Source: Utricularia gibba
Lineage: Eukaryota > Plantae > Magnoliophyta
Length of the DNA stretch: 64,000 nucleotides
Assembly (NCBI GenBank): GCA_002189035.1
Contig: NEEC01000016.1
Span: forward strand, 992,001 to 1,056,000
Direction of reading: 5' to 3'
Part shown: positions 1 to 11,521 of the stretch, in pieces
Position numbering within the stretch: position 1 is the first letter of the stretch
Layout: each line of letters begins with the position of its first letter
Program-made: the position numbers and the translations under genes
Notes under the pieces: model-generated
What the model was told of the DNA's origin: nothing
Seen by the model: the letters and a program-made list of their open reading frames with translations, nothing else
The model's database searches: none

Positions 1-3000
1 AGAGCCCTGCAGCAATTTAAGAGTTGGCCACGGCAATGATTCCTTGTTTTTCAGATGATTCAGATTAAGGAATCAACCCGAACCTTAGAAATGTAAGGTA
101 TCAGCTTGAACCTTGAATTTCTAAATGCATCATCTCCATTGACAAAACGATCCAGTAGAGGTATCCCTGCTAAAGGTGTCTTCAGCATGTAATATAAGGC
201 TAAACTGTGTGTCATCGTCCCAGGCACCTGTATGTTCACTATGAAAAAGAACTCGGTCCGTCCATCAGTTGCATATTGCTGTCCATTTCAACATTGAAGA
301 CGACCAGTCATGAGTTTGCTTGTTGAATCATTAACAAACATGGATTTATAAGAAATGTTTGCAGCTAGCACCTGCACAATGCTGCTATGTCGACCGGCAA
401 GATCATCTTCACGAATGTCTGATCTTAGCCAATCCGCTCCCACCATCTGCATTAGGGTGTTCTTGGCTTCGATCTGACCAAAGAATGGAACTTTCAAAGA
501 ACAGTTTTCTCATGAGGGAATATTGCACTATGTAGAAGGCCAACCTTTTTGTTGTCTTCAAGGTAATTGTCTCCCCGGATAAGGTACGCCGATGCATCCG
601 ATTCTGCACAGCTACATGGCATGCTACAAGTCTTGTCTTGCGGAAGCGTGTACCCATAAGAACACAAGATGCTCTCCTCCTGAGAGATTGCTTGCAAGTC
701 CATGTAACCCCTTTTCTGAACTGGAACAGCAGTAAACTCAGAAGCCTTCCAATGTATGCTGCAAAAAGCTCAATGAACCTCACGCCAACAAACCTGCTAA
801 CTGCAGCTTTTTAACAAAGTTGGTAGTGGATGATAACCTGGGCTGGTACTTATCCTACGAACTCAAAGAACATTGTCAACGTTTCCAATTTTGAGGACGA
901 ATATATGAAGGGTAGCAAAAAAAAAATACCATATAAAATGGTTGTGGACTTGTCTTTGATGATCGGCCGTGCTCTATCATTTCATGATCTGAGGGTTCAG
1001 GAACATCGAAAAACTCATCTGCTGCATCGAGGCTTGACACCCCGGATGTCCTATGTTCACATAACTGCTCTTCTCGATTGTTCTGTGTCACCTTCCATCC
1101 AAATAATTGATTCTCCTTTTGTTGGCGAGCTGTAATCTCTGTATAAGCTGTTCTTTCTTCTGATATGAAATCATTGCTTGTAACTCCTGCCTTTGCGTGA
1201 AACATTTCTCGTAAGGCTGCAACAAAAGCTTTATCGTCTAGAGCTTCAGTTAGAAATCAGTAGTAATTGGATGTGCGCCATTTTCACCTGCCACCCTTCC
1301 TGCCATACGAATGGAGATAAATCTAGACATAGATTTTCTCCTGTAGGACTTAAAGATCTTCCAGTCAACTGCAAGCAGATGTTTGATCACGGTCTCTCTT
1401 CCCTGATTGATGGGAGTTAGTACATATCCAGCACCTGCATATTTGTGTTCCCAGAAATATCAGCGAAACCAAGTTGGTAAGAGCTGAAGTTGAATCATTT
1501 TCAAACTTGGCGAATTCAGAAACATTCAAAGTTCAAAACTTCAATCCCATAAATAATCAGAATGGAAAGAAGCATACACAGCTTCCCGTTTCAGTGCATA
1601 CATTTTACGCAAGCACGAACACATCCTTTCTGTGGTGGACACCTCCTGTTGACGACGGAATGGCAGAGAATCACTGAAACCAAAGCACAATGGTGACTAT
1701 GCAGGAGCGGTAGCTTTTTGCAGCAATATAAGTCAATTTTAACTGAAATCAATACCATAAGTGCCGGAATCTTCTGTTCTCCAATACCGTTGCAACAGCA
1801 TATCCCTTCGTTTCATAGCCCTGAGGATACAGAAGATGTTAATCACGAGATGGCAGTGACATCAAGAACATACGTTTGTAGCTACTATGCTTACCATGGT
1901 AGCCAACGGTTATTCAGTTCTATATGAATGATATCTGTATGGTCATCAAGGTGCTCAACTACTCTGCCCTTGTCGAAAAAGAAATCCCATCTACAGAGAA
2001 ATACTTGAAACATGAATCATCAGAATTGCATAATGATGACTGCATAACATTCTAACCCAATATCTTGCGGATCAGAGAGGACACATCAGGATTATTCAGT
2101 AGCCTTACTCTGTCCTTGAAGTACTCAGAGACATAAGTGCACGGAAAACAGCTTCTGGAGTTCCATCTACAACACCAACCGCCATTATAGGTTGACCGTT
2201 GTTGGGATTCTGTAATAATCAGTTTATGAAAGAAACTCTACAAGAAGAAAGGAATCCTATAAAGCTACAAAACTTGGCAAGGGGTTTTTACCCTGCCATT
2301 GGAATCTTTGTCCTTCGATTCTTGGAAAAGCCGTAATCCTGAAATGTTCCAGATCCAGAGCCTGAGATTGATTCACTATCTCTTGTAGGCAATTAAAAGG
2401 CCGCATTTACCATTTCGATATCCAAATATTTTCCATGATGAAGATGTAGTAACATCTGAGGTCATCGCATCTATGTACATAGAGGATGAAGATTTCATAT
2501 CATTATTACTCCCCCTCACGCAACTCAAGGTGCTGATTGGGAAAACACATCTGAACTTCCAAGCCATCCTTATTTTAGACTGATATCTTCTGTTTGAGAA
2601 ATTTGATGAGCTTGTTGGAGGATTAACAGCTGCTTCTTGTAAAGAACGAATCCACCTAACAGCTTCTTCAGAGCTGGTTGCTCCAAGCTAGAAAACAAAA
2701 CTAATTTATGTCACAGCTCCAGTCAGGACATATCAAGGTATCCAAAACCAAGGAAACTATTACATACCCTTAGCCGATCATTGTAATTAAATGTACTTGA
2801 TAGAGTGAAAGTAAAGATCACCTGCAGAGGTGAAAGATAAATCATAAGCCATAATGGCATGCGATTATGCTCTTACAAGCAAATTTACTGGTCTGGACCA
2901 TACTTTCCCATGATGTCTTCCTTTTCCGTTGTCCAGGATATGGATGCAGGAGTCTATTGTTGTACATCTCACGGGCTCCTGACTTAAAATAGCCCGTCAG

Positions 3001-3435
3001 AGTAAAAAATAGAACCAAAATAGTACTGATGATATGCTTGAGCTGATGACATATACGGATATAAATCAATTTCTTGGCTTTCATAGTTCCCTTGTTCTCA
3101 AACATCATTAAACTAATGCCCTTTTCCTGGATAGTTCCAGTGCAGCACAATTTTCAAGTGAGGTTGTCAGTCTATCGACAAGACAGAATAAAAATGATTC
3201 CACGTGAATATTCCATTCAGCAAGAATATGCAGCTGGTTCAATCAGCATTCGGATGTTTGTAGCAGAAACAGGACAATGCAAAATAATGAAAGGAAAACA
3301 AATATATACCTCTTTGTTTGAAGCGGGCTTTGATTGGAAGATCCTTAGGCAATTCTCATCCAGAACAAAATACCTTCTACGCGAATACTTCATCCCAAAA
3401 CGATTGCTACGAATCAAGTAAAGCCACCCCTCCAT
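1..3435 (-). CDS. EDR2L: EDR2-like PH + START + DUF1336 lipid-binding protein, multi-exon, 3' end outside the window
   Basis: Manually spliced exons with GT-AG ends give PH (MEGWLYLIRSNRFG...RRYFVL, LGATSSEEAVRWIRSLQEAA), START (WKIFGYRNGLRLF, PIMAVGVVDGTPEAVF, EWDFFFDKGRVVEHLDDHTDIIH, KHLLAVDWK) and DUF1336 (YLIRGDNYLEDNKK, MQMVGADWLRSD, FKLIPYISK). ATG at 3435; a short upstream coding exon is possible. Confidence 0.9.
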
Positions 3436-4540
3436 TATCCCTTTTACCAATCTCTTAAACAGAAAAAATATTCTACAAACAACGTGTAATCGCCTCCTCA
3501 ATCAAAGACCCATGAGCCTACGAGGATTTAGGATAAACTAGAAAAAGGTCTTGAAAAAACCAATATGGGTCGATGAAAGAAAGAAATCATTGTTTCCACC
3601 AAAGCATCCATGCCAAAATGCCAGAATCTTTTCTTAGCGTGCTGAAAGAAGGCAGCTGTATATTTGAATTCTTCAATTATTAAAATAATTATACCATGAC
3701 AAGATGCTGGTAGCTAGACATGGTGCCGTATTTATTCATTCGTTCTTTCTTGCGTTCAATCATCAACTGGAGGTTGACATTTTCCTGCCCTCCTGAAAAT
3801 TCCGGCGATAACTCATTTCTCAGACTCCTCATCACGCTACCCACCACCATTTATCTTTGTTTTTCCGTGATCACATCTATGAAAATTGTTGAAAAGTACA
3901 ATGTGGGCCATTTGATTCTGCTGTCATGATCCATCCAGCGAGCCACACCATTGACTATTGTCAGACAGCATAATCATCGGTCCTGAGAGATCCCCGGCTA
4001 ATAAAAATCAAATCTTGGCGCTGTATACCCATTTACTGCAGGTATTTACTAAGGTTCCACCTGCAGAGGAGCCAGCTATTTATTACCCCCTTCGAAAAAC
4101 GACACTTTTGTGGCTGTGGCTTAAGGCACCCCAAGTTGCTCCTATTTTGGGAGAAAACTGCTGGTTATTTAGCAAATCTTGTCATCTCTTCACAAATTCA
4201 GCCAATGAAAAAAAAAATTGCTCACAAATTCAATTTTTTATGACAAGATTAAACTTTTCATTTCAACTCATACCCAAATAGTGCAAATAATCGACGAAAA
4301 TCATCAATTAATCGTAAACTGATAAAAAAAATTAAAGTGAGTTTGAAACCCTAATGAAATTTTAATGCACATTGGATTGCGCACCAGTTTCGTCTGGCTA
4401 ACGTGGCGCAGATCTGTTAGCAAGAGAAACAATTTTTAGGGTAAAAGTACATTCATCCAACAGTGTTCACTTTCATCGGACAGTTGGTAAGCATGAAAAA
4501 AATAACCGAATTCCTCTAATAGACGCACGATTGCTTCGTT

Positions 4541-4863
4541 CGGCTCGACGATTGGGTATTGTGTCGCATATACAACAAGAAAGGAACCATGGAGAAGCAC
4601 TAAAGTCTATGATCAGGGTGCTCACTTTTCCGATAGACTTTTCCGATAGACTTTTCCGATAGCGAAGCCGAGGAAAAGCCAGCAGCGACGACGACATTTC
4701 TCCCTGATGCATCACTTGAGGTGACTTGTAGCAGCAACGAGTATGCGTCGTCCGCATCTAAGATTTCATTATCTCGTCGCCGGAGATCCAAGATTTCTAT
4801 TCGTTGATGAACTGCAACCAGAGCTTCGAAGACGACGCCGTTCCCCGTTCGGTCCTCAGGTGA
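4541..4863 (+). pseudogene. Last-exon remnant of an ATAF1/2-type NAC transcription factor
   Basis: 4541-4600 translates RLDDWVLCRIYNKKGTMEKH, the NAC subdomain E signature, then TAA at 4601. After frame repair it reads VYDQGAHFSDSEAEEKP...SLEVTC. The expected acceptor reads cgg instead of cag. Confidence 0.85.
4624..4662 (+). repeat. 13-bp tandem triplication (ACTTTTCCGATAG)x3
   Basis: Three exact copies at 4624, 4637 and 4650, seen directly. Confidence 0.95.
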
Positions 4864-5230
4864 TGTCAGCAACCACCGTCCGTGTTTTGACTTTTGAGGT
4901 TGCTCTAAATAAATAATATAAAAATAAATAAATAAATAAATATATTGTGTATTGTGTATTAAATTAAAGATATAGTCTGTTAAACAATTTTTTTAAAAAA
5001 TTTCAATAAAAATAAAATATTTTTGAATATGTACGAAATAAAAAATGAATTTTAATATATTTAAAATTTGATTTTATAAGGTGGGAATTTGATTTATACG
5101 ATTTGTAAGGAATTGAATAAAGAAATCCACTTTCCTCCCACATTTCCGGAGGCTCCCAAATAAAATCCACTTGGGCGCACTGGGAGTTGCACTTTCCCTG
5201 GCTTTCCGGGCAGACGCTGAAATCGTTTGC

Positions 5231-8200
5231 ATGGCGACCGCGGAAGAAGGCGGGGCCACGGCCATCAGCAATCCATCTTCTTACTGCGGTAGCGGAACGG
5301 GAGGGAAGGTTCGGAGAAAAACGGTTCGCGGGCAGGCTACTCCGTACGATCGTCCTCCCACTACTCGGCGAGGAATTCGTCACTACTCTGGAGACTGGCT
5401 GTCGAAGGTTTTCGTTGGCCCTGCCCGAAGGCTTCTCTTGCATGGAGTGAATCGCGTATTTGCTTCGGTTTTAGGCAAGCGCTTCCCTGATCCCGCGCGT
5501 CAGCGGCAACCAGGTAACATGGCTGTTTCATTTGTTCTTTTTGTTTTGTTTTAGGGAGGGAATTAGTTTCCAGAAACTGCTTAAGGTCATTTGAGATGTA
5601 AATTGGCAAACTTGAAATGCTGTTGGGTATATTGGAGCCGAAATTCGAACATCTAAGGAACTTCACTGTTCTTCTGCATTATTTTTTTCTACCCCTGCTT
5701 CATCCTGCAATTTATGTTTTATAAGTTTTTCATTTATAATAGGAATTTTAGGGCGTTCATTTGGTTGACTTTGCCCTGTGTTTTTCTGTTTCATGTATTC
5801 CATTTATCAGGGGTAAGCACTTGCTTGCGTGATGCAACTCAGCGGCAAGTTCTTAATGTAAGCTCAGTTAATGTCTTTTTTCATTCCTATCTGGACATAT
5901 CTGTTCAATCAGTGTACCTTGTTTACTGATTGTGATCTACCTACTGTGTTTTATTATCTGAATTCTCAAGAGTCTAGACGTTGTATTTCTTAGAGCTACC
6001 ACAGGAAAAAAAAAAAAAAAACTCTTCTTTCTGAAAATCCAGTAAAAAATGACGTGCTTTTAAAGCTCTGATTTACTGGGATGAACTATTCTGAGTGATG
6101 GATCTTAGGATTTTTTATTTAGCTATGGCAGATTTCCCATGTATTGAATTGTCCTTGAAGTCTAGTAGTCAATCATTGCCACTGCAAGTTTGGCTTGAGC
6201 GGGACTTCTTTGGTACACATTTCACAGCGATATTCCATTATACCTTGCGTTGCGATATTCTATTCGCATTAACTCAAATACCTATGCAACAAGGACGACG
6301 TCAAGTCATCATGCCCCTTATGCCCTGATTTTCTAAAAGATTGCCCCTTTTATCCTTGCCTTTTGAAGCCAGGTGCAAGCTATGCTAGCTCACTGGAAAC
6401 TTGCATTATATTTTAGTTGTCTTATTTGAAGAAACCTTAACTTTCCTGGGTATTTCATTTAATTTCTTAAAATGTCTTGAGTTTTTCTTGTCTTTTCTGA
6501 TGGTAAAGGGTGAGGACACACGGGAGCAGCTTGTAGAAGATGCTTGCGGTCATCTAGATAATGGTTCCATGAGCAACAACACCGCTGGTCTTGAACAATT
6601 ATTGAAGCAGAACACATTTACCAGGTAAAGGATTTAAATGAATAGATTCCAATGTAATATGCCAGGGCATCGACCGCTTCATTCAATTTCATTTTAATGT
6701 GGAATGCCATTACATCCGACCTGCTTAACTTCATATTCTTCCTTCATTTTTCCCAAAACCTTTCTTGTCTGAGTAGTACAGTTTTGACTTTTACACGCTT
6801 GTTTCACAGGTTTTGAAGATTCTGTACATCTAACATCGTCACCCCCTCCCTCTTTAAGTTTTGCACTATTTTACCTTTAATGTATTCTATATTAAATCAA
6901 TGTGCATGTCCATGCAGGCCTCAAATAGTCCATTTGACTGAAATTTTGCAATACAAGGCAGCAGAAGTTTCCTCAGATGTTGCTTTTAAGGAGAGTGCTG
7001 AGAATGCAGTAGATTTTGGTGGGCGTGGACAGATCTCAAGGCCTTCCGGAGAGACCACAAAGGAGATTCAGCTGTCTGCTTCCATTTCAACTCCAATACG
7101 ACAGTCCAAAGTAAATTAAGCCCCTATTCAATATTTCAATATTTAGAAGTCGGGGGGGGGGGGGGGGGGGGTTCTGTTTGCATCTTCATAAATTTTTCCC
7201 TCAAAGTTCACTTAGTTATTTGAATTGGTGTCAGGTGCCTGGGGATGATACTGATTCTCTTGTGAAAATTGCAAGAGCATACATGGGGACAAGATCTTCA
7301 AAACCCTTCCCGTCTGCACTTGGATTTCACCACCACCGTGGTAGGGAGGATATGAGACATTCTATTAAAGGTTCATTTGCCTATAAATCACTTGCCATAC
7401 CATATGCTAAAAATAAATCTTCTACCACTACCATTGTCGAAAATGGTTCTACACTTAACTCTCGACGTAGATCATCTATTTATAACATTGCTCGAACTCC
7501 ATGCTCCAGGGACAATTCCATTTTCAAGGTTTATCTTATTTTTGTAACTGAAATCTATGATTTCCTAGCCTTTTCTGAATATTGCTTTCTGTTTTGACTT
7601 TGGCAACTTTGCATGCAGAACATCAAGCGGAAGATTTCTGTTTTAGATGGTCAGCTTGGCTCTATAGGTCCAATTCGGAGGATAAGGCAGAAGTCTAATC
7701 TATTAGGTCCCCATGTTCCCCATGTCATTTCTGGAGATGCAAGATTACATGCAGAGCAGAAGTCTGATTTAATGGGTGAAGTAAGTACTCGTGATTCAGG
7801 AAATGTGGTACTAAACGGAAACAACAATGATCCAATCAGCAACTATCCTCATGTTCCTTCCCAGTCAAGTGAGGCGGCAGCCAAGATACTGCAGCAACTT
7901 AATGAGTTGTCGCCAAATGAAAAATCTTCAGCGTTCAAGTTACATGTTGGATTGGAGAAATCAAAATTGCAGTTGAAAGCTAAAAAACCAGATGAAATGT
8001 CAGGTGAATTGTCGCCTGATTTGCTTGATTCTTTGAAAAAATCTGATGAGGGAAGTGTCCCCAAAGGATCCATGCATCCCTCAGAAGCCAAGTGCAACAG
8101 GCGAAATGGCAATTGTTTAGTGAACACAACTAGTTCTTTATGTGGAACTACAAATTCTAACTCAAGTGGAAATGGGTACCTTGAGTCATCTCAGAAAAAG

Positions 8201-10666
8201 AGTGCCTTTAGAATTAGTGCACGAGAGGTAAAAGCTCATTTTTGTCATTCTTTTGTGTTTATATTTTGGATTATGCATTTACTTTTGCTCCATTTCCTGA
8301 TTTCTATTTTATTCTCATTTTTTAAACTCCCAAATATGTATTTCGGTTGTATTTGACTAGGACTCTGTTGAGCTGGATGACGATACACTTGATCCTTCAT
8401 CTAAACCAGTAATTGAGAAGGCTGGAGCAGCAGAATCATCTGCAGTAATAAAGAAGGCCTTGACATCCAAGGAGACCGATTACATAGCAAATGAATTTCA
8501 AACAGACTTGGCTCTCCCTAAAGGCCTTAATGCAAGCAAAGCATTTGAATCTAGCACTTCCAATGTCTCAGAAATTGGTGAAAGAGGTTCTGTTAGTTTG
8601 CGAGAGATGGTGCGTACAGCAGTTGATTCACTTCAAGAAGCTCCCCATATATCAATTGAAAAGCAGAACAAAGCGAACGGTTCAAGTCAAGCATTCAGCT
8701 TTAGCTCTAAAGTGAACGAAAATCCCCCTACGCTGCCTCCTTGTGCAATGGAAGAATCTGCGCATAAGATGGAATGCTCAACCAGGTTATCATTGCTAGT
8801 TCTTTGTATCTGAGAAACTCTCTTCCAATAGTCAACTGTGATTTTATTCTTAAGTTTTGCCTTGTTTTTTGTCTTTCCATTAGCATGTTTAATTTTTGTA
8901 TTCATTAAAAATATTTTTTTGGGTTGCCTTGAGGATCCATCCCCATTGCTTTAGTGTGTAGCATTTTAGAGTTTGATATGTGAAGTCTGGGGGCTCACTG
9001 TAGGAAACAATTTAGGTTCTCAGTGTAGTGGACACGGATATGTGCTTCTATGTTGAAATTTTCCTAGATTCTTCAAGAATTTGGCATCTTTATTATTATT
9101 TTTATTTAGTTTATTGAAAAAATGGTGTTTAAATTGTATAGTTAAAAGATTTATATTTTCTTGTGCAGTTTGACAGTCGGTCTACAATTGTCTGGTACAC
9201 GGGAGAATAAACTGGAGGTGAAAGAAACCTCTCATCTGAGCGATGCAAGAGCAAGAGATGCAAATGGAAATTCTAACACTACTCTTGCTGCCAATGAGTC
9301 ACCATTTTGTCTTCATTTGTCTGCTGCTGCATCTTTTTCCAGTGATACTGCTCAAAAATCCGTGGGTACTAGTTTCCTGAATTTCTCAATTACAAGTGCC
9401 GCCAATTTAGTACCATCTAGTGCGTCAATATCCTTTGGTGACAGTGTTTCTGTTCCGACTACAAGTTCTTTAAGGTCATCTGGGAATCTTCTTGCAGTTT
9501 CGGCAGAGCCAACCACTGCAATTTCTGTAACACCGGATTATGGCCCCAAGGCTAGGACACAACAATTTTCTGGCAGCTTAAGTGAGCCGCTTTCATGGCT
9601 TCCTGAAACTGGACCTGCCCCCGCTTCTACAGCTTTTTCTAATTTCAGTCAGTCAGGTCAGGCTAATCTCAAGGGTTCTATCTTTGGTGATCCCTATAAG
9701 AATCCAGAGTGGGGTAATGGAACTATTGCCAACAAGGGCAGTGTGTTTGCTTCTAGTGCATCTACTCCTGACACCTCTGCAGCTGTTCATGGTAATTCCC
9801 AGGCTGATGAAAGTACTGCTACTAGAAAAGAAAGGGAATTCGTTCTTGGTCTCAGCTCTTCTTCAACAGCCAGTATTGGGCCACATGGCGGAACTTTTAC
9901 CTTCAGTTCATCTAGCACGACAGGATCGAGCATTGATAAGATTACACCAAGTTCCAGCTTTCCTCCTGGCTCATCGGTTTTTGCAACAATTAATACCTCT
10001 GGTTCTTTCAGAAGTAGCAGCTCAAGTATATTTGGCGGATCTGGTTTTTCTTCTGCAGCAACATCGTCTGCAATCAACTCTAGTAGCTCCTGCAGTGCCT
10101 CTTCAAACACCTTTGCCTCCAGTTCTCGAAATCCAAATCCTCCTGTAATTGGTAGCACTTTTCCTTTTGTTGCATCTTCCACACAATCAGCTCCACTGAA
10201 TTCTGCTACCTCAGTTTTCGGCTCATCTGCAACCGCTTCATCAAGCCCAAATTTTTCATTCCCCTCAAACTCTATTTCAATTCCTTCATCATCTTTGGCC
10301 TTTTCACACCCTACATTTGGCAAACCCATATCCACTGTTGCTGACACCTCATCTGTTCATAACGATCAAAAGAAAGCAGAAGATACCACGGCTGAGGATC
10401 CATTGCAGCCGTCTGCATCTGCCCTACCCGTATTTAGTCAACCATCTGTCCCCTTAGCAGCCTCTCCTTTGCTGTTTGGATCAAATGCCCCATCACAAGC
10501 TAATCCGTTCTTTTCTTGTGGCCAAGAAAGTCAAGTTCCTCCGCAGGCCTCGGGAAGTCCTGAGTTGAATGCGTCTGGTGGTGGCTTTTCGACGGCTAGT
10601 GGTGCCCCAGACAACCCCCGGAGAACTGTGAGGGTTAATAAAGTAAGAAACAGAAAGAAGACATGA
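5231..10666 (+). CDS. NUP1: Nuclear basket nucleoporin NUP1/NUP136
   Basis: N-terminal GSGTGGKVRRK...TPYDRPP...WLSKVFVGPARRLL; LEQLLKQNTFTR; VLDGQLGSIGPIRRIRQKSNLL; Ser-rich last exon with about 6 FG dipeptides and a basic C-terminus. Some internal exon borders were not resolved. Confidence 0.88.
6293..6327 (+). other. Short plastid-type 16S rRNA-derived insertion in a NUP1 intron
   Basis: GGACGACGTCAAGTCATCATGCCCCTTATGCCCTG matches the recalled plastid 16S segment GGATGACGTCAAGTCATCATGCCCCTTATGCCCTG at 34/35 nt. Confidence 0.75.
7152..7171 (+). repeat. G20 homopolymer in a NUP1 intron
   Basis: 20 consecutive G, seen directly. Confidence 0.9.
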
Positions 10667-11521
10667 AATATTACTCTCCTGCAATCTTATGAGACCTATT
10701 ACCATTGTTTGTATGATTGAACTGTCATTCTACTGAGATTTGTTGATCGCAGAGGATCTATGAAATTGAGTTCCTGCCAGGAGCCAAATTTTGTATACTT
10801 CTTCAAAGGACAGATAACATCTGTAAATATATTGTCTATTATATAGAGGTGCTTGTTGTTCCTTGATAGTTTGTTTGTTTCTCTCAGTTATCACAATATG
10901 CTGTTTGAGCATTTGAGGTATGGCATGCCAAAAGTTCACTGTACAGTCACTGGTGGGACACAGAGTAGCATCACGACCATCATTCCCCAATAATCAGAAA
11001 AAGAATGAAAAAGAGAAACATTCTTGTTGCTTTGATCATCTTTTTGACTTGAGTCCCTGAAGCTCTCACTTTCCCATTGTGTTTTCTTTTCTGAAAAACA
11101 TGCCAATGATGGAATTCTAGGGATCCGAAGCATTCCTGTGTCATTTGATGGTGATAAAGAAAAGTGAGTTTGGTTGTATGTTTGATTTTTGGTGGGAGAT
11201 CCAAGATTTCCTTACTTCCATGCAAATGGAAAGCAAAGAAGAGAAGAAAAGCAAGGAATGTGACCACATTTTGTTAGGCTTTCTAGATTTCTTTTCCTAA
11301 AGTAGGGCTGCAAAAGTTCCATTTGTTGAAAGATTGTCTTCATACCTACTACCCAGTGCTGGTTGTTGCTCCTCACTTCAATGGCAAGCTTCCCAGATAA
11401 CGTAAAATTGTAAGAATTAATAAATCAAACCGAACAGTGTTGATTTTTTGTAGTTGTTGTATGGGATTAAACTTTGAATACTAGCAAGGTTCCAGTCTCT
11501 TACAAAGGCATAACTGTGTAA

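Noticed and set aside
9582-10347. Long alternative-frame and antisense ORFs over the last NUP1 exon
   Set aside because: Expected by-product of Ser-rich, low-complexity coding sequence; no recognisable protein.
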